In this document: positions 53,047 to 57,166 of the stretch, one piece after another
Position numbering within the stretch: position 1 is the first letter of the stretch
How the letters are laid out: each line of letters starts with the position of its first letter
Assembly: GCA_030647005.1 (NCBI GenBank)
Contig: JAUSKG010000031.1
Coordinates: 1-57,166 of the forward strand
Reading direction: 5' to 3'
DNA length: 57,166 nt
DNA from: a bacterium
Lineage (GTDB): Bacteria; Patescibacteriota; Patescibacteriia; JACPHY01
Made by a program: the position numbers and the translations under genes
Notes under the pieces: model-generated
The model's database searches: none
What the model saw: the letters and a program-made list of their open reading frames with translations, nothing else
Told to the model about the DNA's origin: nothing

Positions 53047-54339
53047 CTACGACTGAGTGCCGCCCTCGCGTCGCTCGATGCGCACGCCGATCGCGCGCAG
53101 TCGCGCTTCAATGCGCTCGAACCCGCGATCCACTTGGTACACGTTGTGGATGGTGCTCGTACCCTCAGCCGCTGCGGCGGCGATGACGAGTGCGATTCCG
53201 GCGCGGATATCCGGTGAGCCGAGAACTGCCGCGTACAGACGCTGCGGCCCCGCGACGACGCAGCGATGCGGATCACAGAGAATAATGTTCGCGCCCATCC
53301 TATTCAGACGATCCACGTAGAAGAGTCGGCCCTCGTAGATCGTCTCGTGCACGAGCGCAACGCCGGATGCCTGGGTGAGCGCGACGGTGAGCGGCGGCTG
53401 GAAGTCCGTTGCCATGCCCGGGTACTCGTGCGTCCGAAACGACACGGAGCGCAGTGGTCCATCCACCGTCACCCGTAGCGATGTTGTACCCTCCTCGATG
53501 ACTGCCCCCATGGCACGGAGGTACGCGATCGGCACGCGGAGGTGTGCAGGATCACAATCGGTGATCTCGAGAGATCCACCGCACGTTGCGACGAACGCCG
53601 CGAACGTCACGGCCTCGATGCGATCCGGAATGCACGTGACAATCCCACCGGCGAGCCGATCCACGCCATCAATGCGCAACGTCGGCGTCCCAAGCCCGTC
53701 AATGCGCGCGCCGCACGCATTGAGGAACTCGCCAAGCGCGACGACCTCCGGCTCCATCGCGACGTTCTCAAGGGTCGTCATCCCGGGGGCGCGCACCGCG
53801 TAGAGCAGGAGCGCCTCGGTCCCCGTGACGCTGACGAATGGGAATGTGTAGTGCGATGCACCGATGCGCGATGGTACGATGGTGAACCGCACCGCATTCG
53901 GCTGCTCATCTACCGTCACACCGAATGCCCGAAAACCGTCAATGAAAAAATCAATGGGGCGTCGCCCGATGACATCGCCGCCAGGGAGTGACACGACGGT
54001 TTTGCCAAAACGATGGAGGAGCGGGCCGATGAGTACGAGACCAGCCCGGAGTTTCCCCATGAGTGCCTCCGGCAGCTCGGCAACTGCGAGCGACGCGGCA
54101 TCAATGGTATACTCGTGAGGACCCCCCGTCACCGTCGCGCCGAGCGCGCGCACCATCTCTACCATCCGTCGGACGTCCTCGATGTCCGGCGTGCGGCGCA
54201 CCGTCACGGGTGCGTCCGCAAGGAGGGCGGCGGCAAAGAGCTTCAACGCTTCGTTCTTCGCTCCGGCAACAGCAATCGAACCGTGGATGGTGGACGGTCC
54301 AGTGATCGAGAACAATGGATCGGGATACATACATTGCAT
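53047..54339 (-). CDS. murA: UDP-N-acetylglucosamine 1-carboxyvinyltransferase MurA
   Basis: Start refined to ATG 54339. 'GSIAVAGAKNEALKLFAAALLA' and EPSP-synthase-fold repeats. The ORF extends to 54459. Confidence 0.9.
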   Translation of the reverse strand: MQCMYPDPLFSITGPSTIHGSIAVAGAKNEALKLFAAALLADAPVTVRRTPDIEDVRRMVEMVRALGATVTGGPHEYTIDAASLAVAELPEALMGKLRAGLVLIGPLLHRFGKTVVSLPGGDVIGRRPIDFFIDGFRAFGVTVDEQPNAVRFTIVPSRIGASHYTFPFVSVTGTEALLLYAVRAPGMTTLENVAMEPEVVALGEFLNACGARIDGLGTPTLRIDGVDRLAGGIVTCIPDRIEAVTFAAFVATCGGSLEITDCDPAHLRVPIAYLRAMGAVIEEGTTSLRVTVDGPLRSVSFRTHEYPGMATDFQPPLTVALTQASGVALVHETIYEGRLFYVDRLNRMGANIILCDPHRCVVAGPQRLYAAVLGSPDIRAGIALVIAAAAAEGTSTIHNVYQVDRGFERIEARLRAIGVRIERREGGTQS

Positions 54340-54345
54340 GACACT

Positions 54346-55704
54346 ATGCCACTCTGGCTCCGCCGAACAATCTATGTGAGTTTCATGGCCGTCTTCTTTA
54401 TCGTGGCACCTCTCCTGGCATTGTACAGCATGGGGTACCGCTACCACCCTGGCAAGCACCGCCTCGAGCGGACCGGGCTCATCGTCGTGGATGGGGGTCC
54501 AAGCGATGCCGTCGTGCTCGTGGATGGCGAGGTGCGCGCGACGCGACTACCCGCGCGCGTTGGCGGCCTTGGGGAGAACGTCTACACGCTCCGCGTGATG
54601 CGGGATGGCTATCACCCCTGGGAGCAGCGCGTCGCAGTCGTGAGCGGCGAGACCACCTTCGCGACGGACGTGCACCTCTTCCGCGACGCGAGCCCGTCGC
54701 TCCTCGTGCGCGGCACCATCACGACGTACACCGCGAGCGCGGACGCACGCTTTGGCGCAGCGATCCGCGCCGATGCGGGGTTCGAGGAGCTCTGGATCCA
54801 CGACCTCAAGGACGGCACGCGCACGCTCGTCCTCCGCACACCGCAGGACGCGCGCCGCGCGATGGAAGTCATCTGGTCACCGCGTGATGCGCGACTCCTC
54901 GTGCGCACGGCGACGGATGTCCTCGTCATTGATCCCCGTGCACCCCACGAGCCCCTCGCACTCGCGCGCATCCTCGATGCGGCCCCGGACACCGCGCAGT
55001 GGGAGCTCGGTTCCGGCGACGCGGTCATCGCCACGACCGCCGGTCGCATCTTCCGCATTTCCGTGGACAGCGGCCGCGCGATCCCACTCCCGATCGCCAT
55101 TCCGGAAACACCGTTCGCCGTTTCGCGCGATGCGCTCTACACGACGGTGCGCACGGCACACGGCAACACGCTCCAGCGCATCCCCACGAACGGCGATCCG
55201 ACGACGACCGTCGCCACGCTCGCCACCGACCTCGCGCTCACGCGTTTTCTCGACCTCCGTGGAACGACGATTACCGTGGAGACCGATGCCCCGAGACGCA
55301 CCGTCACGGTGAATACCACGACGGGTACCATCACCGTACGCGAGGGGTTTGATTTTCGTCGGTCGCCATACGACGCGACCGCCGCGCGCTGGTTCACCGA
55401 AACGTTCGAGCTCTGGACCGAGGAGCACGACCCGCCCACGGAGCGCCTCCTCGTCAGGCGCGACGCGCCGCTCGTGGATGCGCTCTGGCTCCCGGGCACG
55501 TCATCGCTCATCGTCGCAACCGCAAAGGATGTCCATGCTCTCGCGCGGGACAGTGCCGGTGAAGCGTCTACGACACCCCTCGCCGCGTTCGATGGAATCC
55601 GCGGAATCACCGTGCAGCAGGACGGGAGTACGCTCTTCATCGCCGGCGAGCGCGACGGCGCGTCCGGCCTCTGGGAGCTTCCGCTCTCGGGACCGCGCCG
55701 GTGA
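54346..55704 (+). CDS. Membrane-anchored PEGA-domain protein with beta-propeller-like C-terminal region
   Basis: Trimmed to ATG 54346 ('MPLWLRRTIYVSFMAVFFIVAPLLAL'). PEGA: 'GLIVVDGGPSDAVVLVDGEV...YTLRVMRDGYHPWEQRVAVVSGE'. Confidence 0.7.
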   Translation: MPLWLRRTIYVSFMAVFFIVAPLLALYSMGYRYHPGKHRLERTGLIVVDGGPSDAVVLVDGEVRATRLPARVGGLGENVYTLRVMRDGYHPWEQRVAVVSGETTFATDVHLFRDASPSLLVRGTITTYTASADARFGAAIRADAGFEELWIHDLKDGTRTLVLRTPQDARRAMEVIWSPRDARLLVRTATDVLVIDPRAPHEPLALARILDAAPDTAQWELGSGDAVIATTAGRIFRISVDSGRAIPLPIAIPETPFAVSRDALYTTVRTAHGNTLQRIPTNGDPTTTVATLATDLALTRFLDLRGTTITVETDAPRRTVTVNTTTGTITVREGFDFRRSPYDATAARWFTETFELWTEEHDPPTERLLVRRDAPLVDALWLPGTSSLIVATAKDVHALARDSAGEASTTPLAAFDGIRGITVQQDGSTLFIAGERDGASGLWELPLSGPRR

Positions 55705-55708
55705 TCGG

Positions 55709-56584
55709 TCATCGCGTATCGCGCGCGAGCTCCGCGAGGAACAACGCGAGCGCATCCTCCCACCGCTGCAACGGTGGGAGTTTCGTTGTGACAAGCACCG
55801 AGCTCGCCGGACGCGCGGCGGGACGCGGGAAACGCGATGGCGGAACCGCGACGAGCTCGCCCTGCCACCCTATTCGCGCGAGTATCGCCTCCGCAAACGC
55901 GTACCAGGTACATGCACCATCGTTGGTCCGATGGTAGATGCCGTTCGCGTACGTCCCCGAGATGAGCGCGCGCGTCGCTACCGCAAGGTCCGGCGCGTAC
56001 GTCGGCGACGCGCACTCGCCGTCTACCACCTCAAGCCGATCCGTCGTTGCCGCTCGCTCGAGGATGAGCTCGACGAAACTCCGCTTCGCACCAGCCGAGC
56101 GCGCGGCCGTCCCGAACAGCCGCGAGAGGCGGATGCAGTACCATCGCAAACGCGGGTGCGCAGTAGCAACGCGCCGGAGCTCCTGTTCTCCCAAGAGCTT
56201 CGAGCGTCCGTACGCGGAGATCGGACAGGGTTCCGCATCCTCGGGGTATGCCCCGAGCGCAGCAGCTCCACCTCCAAACACGTAATCGCTCGAGTAGTGC
56301 ACGAAAGATGCCCCACACGCGGCTGCTGCTTCCGCGAGGAATCCCACCGCGTACCCGTTCACCGCGTTCGCGGACTCCGGTTCCTCCTCTGCACGGTCCA
56401 CGGCGTTGTATGCGGTCGCGTTGATGACAATCGCCGGCGCGGCGGCGCAAATCATCTCCCGTACCGCAACAGCGTCGGTCACATCACACGCCGCGCGCCC
56501 CCACGCGAAGACATCATCATCCGAAAATGCTCGGACGAGCTGCTGTCCGAGCATCCCAGTTGACCCCACGATGACAACACGCAT
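55709..56584 (-). CDS. rfbD: dTDP-4-dehydrorhamnose reductase (RmlD/RfbD)
   Basis: 291 aa with 'MRVVIVGSTGMLGQQL' Rossmann, 'YGRSKLLGE' YxxxK, and RmlD-like length. Confidence 0.8.
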   Translation of the reverse strand: MRVVIVGSTGMLGQQLVRAFSDDDVFAWGRAACDVTDAVAVREMICAAAPAIVINATAYNAVDRAEEEPESANAVNGYAVGFLAEAAAACGASFVHYSSDYVFGGGAAALGAYPEDAEPCPISAYGRSKLLGEQELRRVATAHPRLRWYCIRLSRLFGTAARSAGAKRSFVELILERAATTDRLEVVDGECASPTYAPDLAVATRALISGTYANGIYHRTNDGACTWYAFAEAILARIGWQGELVAVPPSRFPRPAARPASSVLVTTKLPPLQRWEDALALFLAELARDTR

Positions 56585-56615
56585 AGATAGGAGTATAGTG
56601 CATCAAACGCGGGGA

Positions 56616-56888
56616 CGGGAGGGGGTAAACCCCTCCCCTACGGGGATCGTGGCACCACGCGCAGTGACACCGCGGGGTCAAAACCCATCACACCCCCCCT
56701 GTCATTGCGAGGCACGAGTCCCCGAGTGCCGTGGCAATCCCGGTCATAGAGCGTACGCGGTTTTCACCGTTGTGCTGGTATGATCGGGATTGCCACGTCG
56801 CGGATGCCGACGTTGCGAGATGGAAGCAAGCCGGAATCCCGAGGCAAGCTCGCGGACTCCCTCGCAATGACACGGGTGTGGCGGAAAA
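56616..56888. repeat. Composite repeat block, copy 2: G/C hairpin module + MITE (56701..56872, with internal insertion)
   Basis: Same order and orientation as 49781..50030. Ends '...ctcgcaatgacacgggtgtggcggaaaag'. Confidence 0.8.
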
Positions 56889-56921
56889 GTAAAAGTAAAA
56901 TGCAAAAGTAAAATCTAGGGG

Positions 56922-57166
56922 TCATCGAGCGCACCGCAACCGCGAATCCGAACGCGCATGCCCAGGGCGATCGCGAAGCAGAAACAGCCCATCGGTGCTC
57001 CAGCCCGCGTTCACACACGGCCCGTCGGACGCTGTGCTCGGGTCCACGACACCAAAGAGCCACGACCAGGTGCCTCCCGGTTGAGTGAAATCATCCAACG
57101 GCTCCCCCGTCTTCTCATGGTGCTGCGCGAAGAGGGTGAGATACGCAGAGAGGGGTGGAAGGGGGT
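56922..57166 (-). CDS. C-terminal fragment (window-truncated) of a paralog of CDS 50066..51310
   Basis: Hand translation of the minus strand gives '...LSAYLTLFAQHHEKTGEPLDDFTQPGGTWSWLFGVVDPSTASDGPCVNAGWSTDGLFLL...*', which aligns with the C-terminus of the 50066..51310 product. It is not in the ORF track because no start lies in the window. Confidence 0.6.
   Translation of the reverse strand, partial: PLPPLSAYLTLFAQHHEKTGEPLDDFTQPGGTWSWLFGVVDPSTASDGPCVNAGWSTDGLFLLRDRPGHARSDSRLRCAR

Noticed and set aside
28965-57166. Possibility that the recurring palindromes form a CRISPR array
   Set aside because: The copies are individually palindromic, differ in length, are scattered kilobases apart between genes, and lack regular repeat-spacer periodicity. 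No cas genes are present.

Overview
This is a high-G+C (judged by eye, not computed) bacterial chromosomal segment of 57.2 kb. Almost every gene lies on the minus strand; only about five convincing plus-strand genes are present. The backbone is housekeeping.

- **Cell envelope:** class A PBP, MurA, MurD, a MurE-type ligase, PAP2 phosphatase, S41 protease, RmlD, a ManC-like enzyme, a GT-B glycosyltransferase and a clan GH-A hydrolase.
- **Division:** FtsE/FtsX and an FtsB-like protein.
- **Information processing and repair:** DnaG-RpoD, L9, ThiI, LexA, PolX, a PolB-type exonuclease and a Nudix hydrolase.
- **Other:** GpmI, PGI/PMI, and a DsbD/CcdA-thioredoxin fusion.
- **tRNAs:** Asn-GTT, Gln-TTG, Thr-CGT and Gly-CCC.

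The gene repertoire hints at a Patescibacteria/CPR-like genome: a short MurE, a C39-like peptidase, a PEGA protein, many membrane-anchored orphans and dense palindromic repeats. That placement is inference only.

Accessory material stands out in five places.
1. At 22..5783, directly downstream of lexA, sits a Type III R-M locus (res, small ORF, mod) extended by two AT-richer genes: a Trypco2-like protein and a PD-(D/E)XK nuclease-like protein.
2. Between the dsbD-like gene and tRNA-Gln (about 26.8-31.8 kb) is a plus-strand island. It encodes a PRTase/coiled-coil/SLOG(LOG-like) fusion protein and a cold-shock-domain-fused orphan with a consensus promoter and long leader. A strongly AT-rich DUF5680 cassette bracketed by ~105-bp direct repeats follows. 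This is my best candidate for an undescribed nucleotide-centred system.
3. A mosaic of tRNA-Thr-derived fragments lies next to the intact tRNA-Thr.
4. Two MITE/REP-like palindromic repeat families are present.
5. A duplicated module (paralogous orphan gene + MITE + G/C hairpin) occurs twice.

I saw no rRNA, CRISPR array, integrase or transposase. All domain calls come from motif recognition by eye; no searches were run. CDS coordinates follow the supplied ORF track, with some starts refined in frame. Hand-derived coordinates of non-CDS features may be off by 1-2 nt.
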